From positions 1 to 64,000 of IMG/VR virus record IMGVR_UViG_3300021170_000010: 64,000 bases of DNA; one strand, 5' to 3'. Numbering within the stretch: position 1 is the first letter of the stretch; every line of letters begins with the position of its first letter. The DNA is from a virus. This document shows positions 10,125 to 19,925 of this stretch, piece after piece. Under the pieces are notes generated by a model, which did no database searches, was not told where the DNA came from, and worked only from the letters and a program-made list of their open reading frames with translations. The position numbers and the translations under genes were made by a program.

Positions 10125-10484
10125 ATGAGAATATTTATAGAAGACAGTTTCGACGCGGCTCACTTCCTACCGAACGTTCCGGACGGCCACAAGTGCCGTT
10201 CTCTCCACGGCCATACGTACCGAATCCGCTTGGAGTTCGGCGGCGTCCTGAATTCTACGAGCGGATGGATTATCGACTACGCGGACGTAAAGCAGTACTG
10301 GAACTTTATCAAGAAGGACCTTGACCATAAATGCCTCAACGACGTTCCCGGTCTTGAGAATCCAACGTGCGAGATAATCGCGCAGTATATCTACGGACGG
10401 CTCGATTATCCTTCCGAGTTGACATCTCTGAAGCGTATCGAGATCCGCGAGACGGAGCACTGCGGCGTCGTGCTGGAGCAGTAG
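10125..10484 (+). CDS. queD: 6-carboxytetrahydropterin synthase (in-frame Cys-rich extension possible from 9996)
   Basis: F.AAH.L...HKC..LHGHTY, LDHK.LND, ENPT.E.IA, ET motifs. Confidence 0.92.
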   Translation: MRIFIEDSFDAAHFLPNVPDGHKCRSLHGHTYRIRLEFGGVLNSTSGWIIDYADVKQYWNFIKKDLDHKCLNDVPGLENPTCEIIAQYIYGRLDYPSELTSLKRIEIRETEHCGVVLEQ

Positions 10485-10486
10485 CG

Positions 10487-11131
10487 TTGGATCATCTTCC
10501 GCTCGTCATGGTAGGGGAAACCAGATCGAAGGTATTCGTAGCGCGCTTGGCCGAACTGGGATGGGGCCGGATGTTCGTAGATCGACCGCCGTGCCCGTTT
10601 CCTTTCGAGCGGTGGGGATTTGATAATCAGGCATTCATCGCGTGGCGAAACGGAACCGAATGGAACGGAGACGCATACCTGAAGAGACTAGAAGCGGCAA
10701 TGCTGGCAAACTCTGATCCGTATCTCGCTGTGACGCCTGATATCGTAGCGGCTGGCCTGAAGTCACTCCACCATAGCATCGACTGGCGCATGAACCAACT
10801 CCGCGACGTCGATTGGCCCTGGTACTTGGCCGTCCAGGACGGAATGACGCGCGAAGACGTAAAGCCATACCTGCATCTCTTTCAGGGCCTGTTCCTTGGC
10901 GGCTCCGATGCCTTTAAATCGACCGCGAGACGTTGGGCCGATCTATCCCACGATAACGGCCTAAAGTTCCACTACGGACGTGCCGGAACGCCGGGGAAAC
11001 TCGTCAGCGCGTTCAAGTCCGGCTGTGATTCCTGCGATAGCGCGTTTCCGCTCTGGACGAAAGAGCGTATGAAGATCTTCGCGTGGCGCTGGCAGGGGCT
11101 TGCGGAACAGAAGATGATGGAGTTTACGTGA
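10487..11131 (+). CDS. DpdA-like (TGT-superfamily) deazapurine DNA transglycosylase, compact type
   Basis: DNQAF (cf. DNGAF), PDIV, AVQDG, LFLGGS, H.GR, G.DSCDS; directly after queD. Confidence 0.7.
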   Translation: MDHLPLVMVGETRSKVFVARLAELGWGRMFVDRPPCPFPFERWGFDNQAFIAWRNGTEWNGDAYLKRLEAAMLANSDPYLAVTPDIVAAGLKSLHHSIDWRMNQLRDVDWPWYLAVQDGMTREDVKPYLHLFQGLFLGGSDAFKSTARRWADLSHDNGLKFHYGRAGTPGKLVSAFKSGCDSCDSAFPLWTKERMKIFAWRWQGLAEQKMMEFT

Positions 11132-11366
11132 AGCAGCAGTCTCCGCTCATCCCAGTATCGTTCGAGAAGCGCCACGTGAAGAAGACGGACATCCGCGCCT
11201 TCGTAGCTGAAGCTCTCAACGGTCTTGAGTACCGTCAAGCTGACCGTGATGCGCGCCGAAAGAAGGATCGTGAACGGAAAGAGAAAAAAGATGCGCGCGC
11301 GGAAATTCTCCAAGAAGATTTATTCCAAAAAACTGTAGACTCCGATACGGAATCGGTATAGGATAG

Positions 11367-11490
11367 AAAGCGTTCGGAGGTCGCTCTTCCGAATTTGGAC
11401 AGCTACGGCAGGGGCCTCGGATCGGGTCTAATTCCTATCCCTGGATCTCCCCGCCAGGCCCCCGTAGTTTTTGGGGATTCAGGGGAACCA
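11367..11490 (+). ncRNA. Structured leader 1 (c4/CI-like antisense architecture)
   Basis: TTCGGA/TCCGAA hairpin; long stem 11403-11467; internal CCCTGGATCTCC complementary to the downstream SD region 11473-11484. Confidence 0.6.
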
Positions 11491-11494
11491 AACG

Positions 11495-11773
11495 ATGAGC
11501 CAAGGCGCTATAGCTGCGTCTGTACAGAAATCTCGGATGATTAACTTCGCGGATGCGATGGCAGATAGTCTTTTGCCGGTCCGTTCCGTAGAAGGAAATT
11601 GGCGTAAGAATGCGCGTCCGTTTATTCTTCGCGGATTAAATAAGGCCGTCGCTTATGAGCGCGAGGAATGCGCTAAAGTCCTCGACGCGCTCGCGGAAAA
11701 GTGGAAGGAATACGGCGGTGAGAAGCCATTCACGGATGCCGCCGCAGAGATTCGCGCGAGAGGAAAGCAATGA
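11495..11773 (+). CDS. Small 'ERE.CAK...IR.RG' family protein
   Basis: Motif shared with 12609, 12839 and 29137 ORFs. Confidence 0.65.
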   Translation: MSQGAIAASVQKSRMINFADAMADSLLPVRSVEGNWRKNARPFILRGLNKAVAYEREECAKVLDALAEKWKEYGGEKPFTDAAAEIRARGKQ

Positions 11774-11789
11774 ATCTCGCGTACCAAGT

Positions 11790-12586
11790 TGCTGGAGTTG
11801 ACCTTCGGTCACGTTGTTGCCCGCAACGACTAGTGATAGAGCGCCGACCTCCGTCGGCAGGCATTAGTACTCCAGCAGTTATATCGGATGACCGCGAAGA
11901 CGCTAGAGCAGCCGTAAGCATCATACTGTCTCCTGGGCGGAACGATAGCGACCGTTGCGTACGCCGGTCCCGTGAAATCCGCGCGTTATCCGACCACATA
12001 TCCGGAATACGTATCCAGCCGTCGTGCAGTAGTGGAAGCGTCCCGGATTACTGGCGTGCCTGCGGGATCACCGCCACGCCAGTCCAACTTCTCTATTTCT
12101 CGGTCTCGTCGCGATTGCACTCGCGTCCGCTCCTATTCGAGACCGTGGACCAGCCGCAATGGTTAACTGCGGTGACGGTGGGGCAGAAAATCAGCGGCCC
12201 TGCGGGGATCGTACTAAACCCGGCAACGTACGCGGTACGGCGCGGCGGCAAGTACGGCGATTCCGAAGTGGATTCTTCGGCGCGAGCTGGAGCGCGTCTC
12301 CTCCAGCCATCAGGACACTACGCAAGCGATTCGCCGGGACAGGGAGCCGTCCCCGGCGAACGAATTCGCTATGAGGCTCCCAAGAAAACCCCAACAGACG
12401 TCATAGCCCGTAGTACGGGACAGCGCAGCCGGGAGCGCGCGCAAGCGGATGAAGAAGCGCGGCGGAATCCCGGACAATCTTATGCTGGCGTTCTGCCAGC
12501 TACCAGTTCGACTCGGACAACAAACGAAAAGGAGCCTCCTTCTGAAAGGTTGTGCGCCTGTGCGAATGTTGAAGGCACCGAGTCGA
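11790..12586 (+). ncRNA. Candidate large, ornate structured RNA overlapping ORF 11770-12612
   Basis: More than 15 helices, a four-way junction and possible pseudoknots; G-U pairs favour the + strand. Confidence 0.7.
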
Positions 12587-12608
12587 TTTACCTTCAGCGG
12601 AGGGCCGC

Positions 12609-12842
12609 GTGACTAAAGTCGAAATCCGCTTCTGCGCAACTGCCATCGGGACGGATTATGCGCCGCAAGAAGACCTATCAGCCGTAGTCCAGTCGATAGA
12701 AACTCTTGTAGAGCGCGCGGTCGCGGATGAGCGTGAAGCGTGCGCCAAGACGGCGGAAGCGCGTATTCAAAATGATGACTGTGAAGCCTGCCGCGCGGCT
12801 GCGCTGATCGCTAAGGATATCCGCAATCGAGGTGCCGCGTGA
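12609..12842 (+). CDS. Small 'ERE.CAK...IR.RG' family protein
   Basis: AVADEREACAK...IRNRG. Confidence 0.65.
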   Translation: MTKVEIRFCATAIGTDYAPQEDLSAVVQSIETLVERAVADEREACAKTAEARIQNDDCEACRAAALIAKDIRNRGAA

Positions 12843-13123
12843 CTCCCGAACAAGTAGCCCGTTTCGCAGCGATTCTTACCGGACGAGTAGATGAACCGCC
12901 AAGTAAGCAGGTACGTAAGCGTCGTAGCACAGTTGAAGCCGCTGTCCTGCGCGAGCGCGAAGAGATCGCTAAGGAAGCAGAGACGGAAGCGAAGCGGCTT
13001 CACGATATAGTGGACGGTGAAGTATTTGAGCATCCGCTTACTCAGCGTCAATTAAAGTTGCTTGCGCAAGCTGATGCGCTTCGGACTTTCGCGTATGCGA
13101 TTCGGAATCGAGGTACCGCGTGA
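12839..13123 (+). CDS. Small 'ERE.CAK...IR.RG' family protein
   Basis: AVLREREEIAK...IRNRG. Confidence 0.6.
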   Translation: MTPEQVARFAAILTGRVDEPPSKQVRKRRSTVEAAVLREREEIAKEAETEAKRLHDIVDGEVFEHPLTQRQLKLLAQADALRTFAYAIRNRGTA

Positions 13124-14853
13124 CGCTCTCCGACGCCCGCCAGATTCTCCGCGCGAAGCCGCGATTCGGTGATGATAGCCAGATCAAGGCGGACCGCTTC
13201 CTCGTTAGAGCGGAGGAACAATTCGTTCATTTGGTCGGCTGCCGCCACTGCCAGAACCACGACGAATGTCCGGAAGGATGGAACGCACGCGGAGACGTCG
13301 ATCTTGAAGACGCGGCCTTCGCGTTAATCGACGAGCGCGGCGGAATTCAGGAAATCATAAAGAATGGTTTACTCGACGGGACGGTGATGCCGTGAATAGT
13401 ATTCGTGACGCGCTGAAAGCCGCTGGTATCCAAGCGCAATCTCCTGATCTTCAGATTATCCGCTCACGTCCGAAGTATATCCGTCCACTTAGCGCGCGTG
13501 AGAGCGTAGTGGACTACTACTACGCGGAAGCCGCGCGGCGATTGAGCCTACGCGCTAAGAACGCCGAAGAAGCGGCATCTAACGGAGGCGCGGAATGAGA
13601 GATTCTCAATTTGATCTAATCGAAGAACTATCCTACGAAAAGCGGCAAGCCGATATCGCCTTCGCGGTGCCAATCGAGACGCGTAAAGCGGAAGCTAGAA
13701 GAAGGCAGAGCGCCGGAGAGCGTCCCTGCTGTTCGACCGGAATACACGAGTATATCACGTACGGATACGGAAGACTGGACCCGAACGGGTTCTGGGAGCT
13801 TCCACTTCCTGACGGAGAATTCGTCGGTGAGACGCGAACCGAGGAACCTAAATGAGCGAACCGCTAAAGATGTTTTACATCCAGAACCTCGGCTACTGCG
13901 GAGACTGCCTGAAGTGGTGGCGAGAAGGAGGTCACGGTTATACGCTCGATCTCAACGAAGCATGGAAGCTACCGGAAGATGCCGCGCGCGATATCTGCCG
14001 GAGCCGACCGCATGAGGATATTCCGTGGCCAGCGGATATCGCGGAGGCGGCTTTGTCCCAGCACGTCAATTCGGAGAATCCTATTGCTAAAAAGTTCATG
14101 ATGGAAGGCGCGGCAGAGCGTAGGCGGAAAGCGCGGGAAGATCAGGAAGCCTTACGCGAAATTCTCGGTGAAGCGCTGCGGGAGAACGTATGATCGAACT
14201 TCAGATCCGCCGTCCGTGCCGAGTACCGGAGCGTCAATCGGGACAGCGCTACTGCTCTGATTGCGGCGCTGAATACGCGGAACTATCCTGGACGATAGAG
14301 CATAAAGCCGTGATTGAATGGCGTCCGTTCCACCAAGTCCTGGCCGAAGTTCAGGCGGAAGGATGGGCGAGGTGAAGTCCGTTCCAATCACTTCCGAAAA
14401 TTGGTACAAGTATAATTTCTGCGGCTGCTGCGGACGACAGTTTGACGGTCCATCAGATTTAATCTGGTGTAAGGATTGCCGCGCGCATATCGACCCTAAT
14501 CCGTCTTCGGCCTGTGACCGCACGTGGTTTGCGCAGTTTGGTACAGAATGTCCGTTTGCTCCTGGTCCTAACGGCGGAAAGCGAAGGGCGGCGTAATGTC
14601 TCTCGAAAAACGTGAGTGGGTCTACGTTCAGCGTCCGAAGGAATACGAGATCGCCGGTTGTACCTGCGGTAATACTGATCCGGATTGGTCAGAATTTAAG
14701 GGTCATCTCTGGTGCGCAGCGTGCCAGAAGGATTTCATCCCGGAGCACGGCGGTATCTTCGACGGACCGATTCCGATTAACGGAATGCGCGTTCTCGGTA
14801 TTGATCTACGGCGATTCAATCTGATAACGCAGAAGATCGAGGAGGTTGCGTGA
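13120..14853 (+). other. Run of translationally coupled small hypothetical ORFs, several Cys-rich
   Basis: ORFs starting at 13120, 13392, 13595, 13852, 14190, 14596 and one more ending at 14596, with stop/start overlaps. Confidence 0.6.
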
Positions 14854-14918
14854 CGCATCTCGAAGCGCTTCCCTTTGCCGTCCGCGCGTCGCTAGAATCG
14901 CCTCAATTCGATTTTTAT

Positions 14919-16032
14919 GCCTGCGTCGGCGCTAAAAGCGCGGAGGTTTAGGTAATGGTTCAATACCAACTTAAACTCCGTTTAACGAAAGCGCAGAAGA
15001 TGAAGCGAGATGAGTGGTTACCGATTCTCGGCTCCGTCTGGAACTTTGCCGTCCGGAAGATCGAACTGAACGCGCAGAATAAAATCTACTTTGGCGCGCA
15101 TGAGTTCCAGAATCTCCTCGCGGGACACGGAGAACGTATCAGTATCCCGTCCCACGTTCTTCAGGGGGTTCTCTCAACAGCCTTTACTTCATGGAAGCGC
15201 TGCTTCAAAAAGATCGCGCGGAAGCCGCGATTAAAGGGCGCGCGCCGCCCGATGAACTCGATTCCGTTTCCCGATCCGCTGAAGATCGTAGACGGTAAGA
15301 TTCATCTTCTCGGCCTCGGTAAAGTCCGCTTCCATAAGCAGTGGATTCCTGAGGGAAAGATTAAGTGCGGACGGCTCGTTAAGCGCGCGTCCGGAGATTA
15401 TCTCTGCCTATTCATCGACGCTGCGCCGAAAGCTATCGAGCGCGTAGCGGAGAATGCCGTCGGCATCGATCCAGGATTTAAGGATCTCGTAGCGCTGAGT
15501 ACAGGTGAGAAGGTAGCGCATCCGAAGGAGTACCGCGATGCGGAGAAGCGTATCGGCCAAGCGCAGCGCGGCCATAATCGGAAGCTCGCTGCGCGAATTC
15601 AGGAACGCTGCCAGAATCGGCGTAAAGACCGGAATCATAAACTCTCGCGGCGTCTAGTAGCGGAGAACAAGACGATCTGCTTTTTGAAAGACAACCACCG
15701 AGCGGTGGCAAAGAGATTCGGTAAATCCGTGAGTGATAGCGCGCACGGCCAGTTGAGATCGATGCTCGAATACAAGAGCCTTATCGGCGGTAGCGAGTTG
15801 GTCTTTCCTGAGAATAGAAATTCCACGAGGACCTGCTCTACCTGCGGGGCGCTTTCCGGCCCTACTGGCTTGGTGGGACTCAAGGTAAGGGAATGGGATT
15901 GCGGGGCCTGTGGTACTCATCATGACCGCGATATAAACGCGGCTCGTAACGCTCTCATTTCCGGGGTCGGATGGACCCACGAGGTTCACGTTTATGCGTG
16001 AAGCCAGAAATCCCCTGAAGGGGGAGTATCAA
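14919..16032 (+). mobile_element. tnpB-only IS200/IS605-family (IS1341-like) mini element
   Basis: Preceded by TTTAT (14914-14918); right-end hairpin TCCCC..GGGGA and terminal TCAA; no TSD, no tnpA. Confidence 0.75.
14955..16001 (+). CDS. tnpB: TnpB-family RNA-guided protein, RuvC-II glutamate apparently absent
   Basis: VGIDPG, TCSTCG..WDCGACG zinc ribbon, HDRDINAARN; ICFLKDN where I..EDL is expected. Confidence 0.9.
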   Translation: MVQYQLKLRLTKAQKMKRDEWLPILGSVWNFAVRKIELNAQNKIYFGAHEFQNLLAGHGERISIPSHVLQGVLSTAFTSWKRCFKKIARKPRLKGARRPMNSIPFPDPLKIVDGKIHLLGLGKVRFHKQWIPEGKIKCGRLVKRASGDYLCLFIDAAPKAIERVAENAVGIDPGFKDLVALSTGEKVAHPKEYRDAEKRIGQAQRGHNRKLAARIQERCQNRRKDRNHKLSRRLVAENKTICFLKDNHRAVAKRFGKSVSDSAHGQLRSMLEYKSLIGGSELVFPENRNSTRTCSTCGALSGPTGLVGLKVREWDCGACGTHHDRDINAARNALISGVGWTHEVHVYA

Positions 16033-16088
16033 TGGATCTTGCCAGAGCCTCTCGCTATCGGCTGGAAGAAGCGCAAGGAGGTATCCGC

Positions 16089-16466
16089 GTGACGCCTCGA
16101 ACCGGAAGGCCGCGCGGCGGTGGAAACAGCCATCTCGGAAGAAAGCGGCGCGCCGAAGCTAAGGCCGCGCCGGTTTCGATCCACGATCAGATCATGGCGC
16201 TCGCGCCGACGAACGACCTGATGCTAGCCGCGTGGATCGGATGCGTCCACTACGCGCTCGGAGAACCGGCCATCGTCGCTCAGTACAGGCTCGCTACTGG
16301 ATCGAACTGGCTCCCGCCGTCTAGTCCTATCGAGCGGATGATCGACGAAGCCACAGGCGCGGAAGGCGCTTTCCTGGTGGAGTTCATCAAGTTTGTAAAC
16401 AAAGAGATTTGGGGTAAAGTAAACGGTCGCGCCTGCAACGGCGACGAGGCAGAGTCTCCGCTCTAA
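16089..16466 (+). CDS. Hypothetical protein
   Basis: AAGGAGG SD before GTG 16089. Confidence 0.6.
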   Translation: MTPRTGRPRGGGNSHLGRKRRAEAKAAPVSIHDQIMALAPTNDLMLAAWIGCVHYALGEPAIVAQYRLATGSNWLPPSSPIERMIDEATGAEGAFLVEFIKFVNKEIWGKVNGRACNGDEAESPL

Positions 16467-16507
16467 AATGTACTTTACACGCTTCGGTAGAGTAGCGTAC
16501 AATTCTT

Positions 16508-16592
16508 TTGGAGCTTACGGCTCCAACGGAAGACCTGTTGAGGTGGGGTGCTTGCTCACCCTGCCTCACTGGCCGTCTTAGCAAGAGGACGA
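16508..16592 (+). ncRNA. Structured leader 2
   Basis: TTGGAGC/GCTCCAA hairpin; 12-bp stem with loop CTTGCT complementary to AGCAAG just before the SD. Confidence 0.6.
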
Positions 16593-16593
16593 A

Positions 16594-16875
16594 TTGGGCG
16601 AACAATTAAAGCCGGTTGGCGATCCCGCAATATGTAAGGCTAAGAGTTGCCGCGCTCCTATTTGGTGGAGACCGCATCCTAAGACGGGAAAACTCCACTG
16701 CTATAACGCTGACGGAACAAGCCACTGGGGAACCTGCCTGGATCGACAATTTTTCCGAGATAAAACCTTAGCTAAAAGAGAAAAATCTAAAGAAGTACCG
16801 GATATGCCCTCGAAAGAATCGGCCTCTATCGGTAATTCGAAAGAAACCGCTACGCTCCCGGAGGACCGTCAGTAA
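16594..16875 (+). CDS. Small zinc-binding protein
   Basis: C..C.APIWW....GK......DG.SHW.TC. Confidence 0.6.
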   Translation: MGEQLKPVGDPAICKAKSCRAPIWWRPHPKTGKLHCYNADGTSHWGTCLDRQFFRDKTLAKREKSKEVPDMPSKESASIGNSKETATLPEDRQ

Positions 16876-17703
16876 ATGGCTCGGGGAAAGCCTCCAGCGT
16901 TTCTTTTGAATGTGGATGATTGGCTTTCATCCACTAGCGTTAAACTCATGTCCCCCGCAGAAAGAAGCGCGTACCTTCAACTGCTGTGTCATGAGTGGAA
17001 ATCAGATGACTGCGGCCTTCCGAACGACGCGGAGGAATTGGCAGTTCTTGCTGATATCGGTGATCAGTGGGGAAAGGCATCCCGCCGAGTCCTGAAGAGT
17101 TTTCGCTTGATCAACGGACGCTACTACAATATGCGTCTCCTTCGAGAATGGCACAAGTGCCAGTACAAGAGCGAAAGAGCCTCAGATGCCGGTAGGAAAT
17201 CTGCTTCTGTACGCGGAGCGAAGGAGGATGATCTAGTACAACTGCCGTTTAGCGACGGTTCAACGGACGTTAAAGAGACGTTGAACGGCAGTGCTGCGGA
17301 AATTCAACAACGCGCGTTTAGAGTTAAAGACTTAAATCTTTCTTCTGAAGTTCTCTTAGAAGAACCAAGATGGAAGAAAGACTATACTTTCGTAGAGTTT
17401 GTTTGCTTATACTTAACGACCGGTTGTTCGTTTATCGACGAAGATTTTAGTAAGGCATACGAAGTTCTCTGGAAGCGATTCTCGTGGGAGCAGAAATCTG
17501 AACGGATGAAGGCTCTCCAGCTTCGTTTGCAGGAATTCATCGAACAACCGCGCTACGTTCCGCGACCCTTAAAATTCATCGACGAAGAATGGAAGAGGAA
17601 GCCGAAACCGTCTGGAAGTAAGCCGAACGGAAAGATCTCTGATGCGGAAGCCATCGCTCAATTAAGCGCGTTCAGGAGGACGAAACCTAATGGAAATCTG
17701 TGA
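16876..17703 (+). CDS. DUF1376/YdaU-family replication initiator
   Basis: PAF...V.DWL.......MS..E...Y..LLC..W......LP.D...LA......W...........F......YN.RL. Confidence 0.8.
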   Translation: MARGKPPAFLLNVDDWLSSTSVKLMSPAERSAYLQLLCHEWKSDDCGLPNDAEELAVLADIGDQWGKASRRVLKSFRLINGRYYNMRLLREWHKCQYKSERASDAGRKSASVRGAKEDDLVQLPFSDGSTDVKETLNGSAAEIQQRAFRVKDLNLSSEVLLEEPRWKKDYTFVEFVCLYLTTGCSFIDEDFSKAYEVLWKRFSWEQKSERMKALQLRLQEFIEQPRYVPRPLKFIDEEWKRKPKPSGSKPNGKISDAEAIAQLSAFRRTKPNGNL

Positions 17704-18208
17704 GTATTGCGGCGGGACCGGATGGGAGCCGAGCGGTGGCGGAGTGACGCCGTGCCGCTGCCGTCCGGAGAAAACTCCGCAGAAGCGCGAATACATTCCG
17801 GATGAAGCGATCTTCGAGGCCGTCAAGGGATTAGCGGTTATGTCCTACTTTCCGAGTGATCCGGTCGCGCGCACGGTGATCGGAGACGCTATTGCGTCGA
17901 TGTGTCCATCAGTCGAAGCGCTGCGGTATTTGGTTCGCCGCGCGTGCGCTTCCCATAAGACGTGGGATCATTGCGGAATCGAAGGTTTAAGGCAGGCGGT
18001 ATGCTCGCGTTATTACCCCGCAGACGGTATCGAGTGCTTCAGTACGGAGTCGTATCCGGAGGGACTTCCTTCCGAGCATCCGCCGTCCATTCCTGCGCTG
18101 CCGTCCGGCGCGCAGAAGGCCCTTCCTGAACCGCATCCGGGAGCCGTAAGCGCAGATCCGGAGATGGACGCGATGGTCAAGAAACTGGCGAAGAAAGTGA
18201 GATTCTAA
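17690..18208 (+). CDS. Hypothetical replication-associated protein with N-terminal CxxC..CxC
   Basis: CEYCGGTGW...CRC directly after the initiator. Confidence 0.55.
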   Translation: MEICEYCGGTGWEPSGGGVTPCRCRPEKTPQKREYIPDEAIFEAVKGLAVMSYFPSDPVARTVIGDAIASMCPSVEALRYLVRRACASHKTWDHCGIEGLRQAVCSRYYPADGIECFSTESYPEGLPSEHPPSIPALPSGAQKALPEPHPGAVSADPEMDAMVKKLAKKVRF

Positions 18209-18828
18209 TGAAACAGAAAAAGCAGGAAAGCACAGAAACTCGGCATGCATTCGAATTGCCGGACGGCCAGCATATTCTTCCGCACGCACACGAGATGCGC
18301 AACGGATTTACTAAGTGCGGAAAATTCGTTACGCCGTCCCCTGGAAGAATAGAAATAGTAAATCGCCTGTTTGCTGAAAGGCAAGGAGTGTCTCAACTTC
18401 TTGAGGCGGTGAATCAGTTTGCCGCTAAAAGGCTGGCTGAAATCGCAGAAGGAGAACGCAAATGGTGGGAAGCAGTATCCTGTGATTTGGGATTGTTCGG
18501 ACGCGAAGGAATGGACCGGCTCTGCCGAAAAGGTGACCAGCTATTTCTGAGGGACGTCGTGAAGGAGGACGTGAAGAAATGAACGCGCAGACCGAACCGA
18601 TCCTGAAGCTGACGACGCGCGACCGGATCATGCTCGCGGAACTCGACGCAGCGTTCCGCTCCGAATCCTCCGGGGAGACGTACCGCCGTCTATCCGATAC
18701 GCACGAATTCCTCCGCGCGCAGTATGCCGATTCTCTGGCGGAGATCGCGAAGCTGAAGTGCCGCGTTCGGTGGCTTTCCGTCGCGGCTGGCATCCTGATC
18801 GTTGTCGCGCTCACACTGGCAGTTCTCT

Positions 18829-19560
18829 ATGGCCGATAAGAACTGCATATCGTTCTGGTTCCCGATCCTGGAACACGCGCTTCCGGATCGCGTTCCGAAG
18901 ACGGTTATCATTCCGGCTCCGGTCGATGGCCTAACGTGCCTGCTCGACGGATTCCTTCCGAACGGATGGAACGCGTTTCTATCCGCTCTCCAAGCCGCTG
19001 GAGCTTCCGTCGGATATCCGTGCTTCCTGCGTAGTGGCCATACGAGCGCGAAGCATTCTTGGGACCAGACGTGCCGTATTGAGGAGCCGGAAGACTTCGG
19101 TCCTCACGTCGGTCAGATCGTTGAGTTCAGCGAATGCTGCGGTATGATCGGTCTTCCGTACAACGTCTGGGCTGTCCGCGAATGGCTCCCCGGTCCGATC
19201 ATTGGAACTGCTCCTCGCTATCGGAATATGCCGGTACGCCGAGAGTTCCGGATCTTCATTGATACCGGAAAGATCGTCTGTGGACATCCGTACTGGCCGA
19301 AGGAATCTATCGAGCAGGGCGGATGTGACGCCGGAACTATCGCGGCTATTCAATTCATGAACCGATTAGACGACGAAGACCGCGAAACGCTTTACGCGCT
19401 GGTTTCTACCGTTACCACTGCGTTCGACGGCTTCTGGTCGGTCGATTGCCTCTGGACGGATCGAGGCTGGTTCGTCACGGATATGGCGCTGGGCGACGAT
19501 TCCTGGCACTGGCCGGATTGTCCGGAATGGGCTACGCGGGAGGTTCTTAATGCCGGATAA
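18829..19560 (+). CDS. ATP-grasp domain protein (R2K-like)
   Basis: FLR....SAKH, VREW, EFR.F, WSVD, W.V.D. Confidence 0.65.
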   Translation: MADKNCISFWFPILEHALPDRVPKTVIIPAPVDGLTCLLDGFLPNGWNAFLSALQAAGASVGYPCFLRSGHTSAKHSWDQTCRIEEPEDFGPHVGQIVEFSECCGMIGLPYNVWAVREWLPGPIIGTAPRYRNMPVRREFRIFIDTGKIVCGHPYWPKESIEQGGCDAGTIAAIQFMNRLDDEDRETLYALVSTVTTAFDGFWSVDCLWTDRGWFVTDMALGDDSWHWPDCPEWATREVLNAG

Positions 19561-19925
19561 ACAGCCGATTGCCGCGAATCCTAGCCTGAAGGCTGCATTG
19601 GCGGCATCCGAGACGGTAGATAGCATTTCCGACGGTCCGGAGCCGCTTACGACGCATCTCTGCGAAGATTGCGGCCAGCGCGTGATTTCAGCGGTTCACT
19701 GCTGCGGCGGTCCGGAGGAAACGCGATGACCTGCTGCTGCCACTCGTCCGATGCGCGGGAATGTATGCGGTCGCGCTACGGGATGATCGCTACGTTCGAT
19801 GATGACGATTATGAAGACTTCGACTGTCGCTGCGAATGCGCTTGCCATTCCGGCGACGAAGACGGCCTAACGGAATGGGACCACGCGGCTGGGATTCAAC
19901 CCGGAGAGCGGGACGAGGATTACTT

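Larger units (their letters stand above)
14850..16092 (+). pseudogene. 42-aa phage ORF interrupted by the TnpB element
   Basis: 14850-14918 joined to 16033-16092 gives MTHLEALPFAVRASLESPQFDFY-WILPEPLAIGWKKRKEVSA with GTGA overlaps at both ends. Confidence 0.7.

Noticed and set aside
12500-12520. GTTCGACTC resembling a tRNA T-loop
   Set aside because: No T-stem or cloverleaf; the bases pair better with 12578-12586
11770-12612. Group I/II intron, RNase P or tmRNA identity for the large structure
   Set aside because: No P7, domain V, P4 or tRNA-like end motifs recognised
16032-16088. ORF-track start at 16032
   Set aside because: This stretch reads better as the 3' half of the interrupted gene; the SD supports GTG 16089
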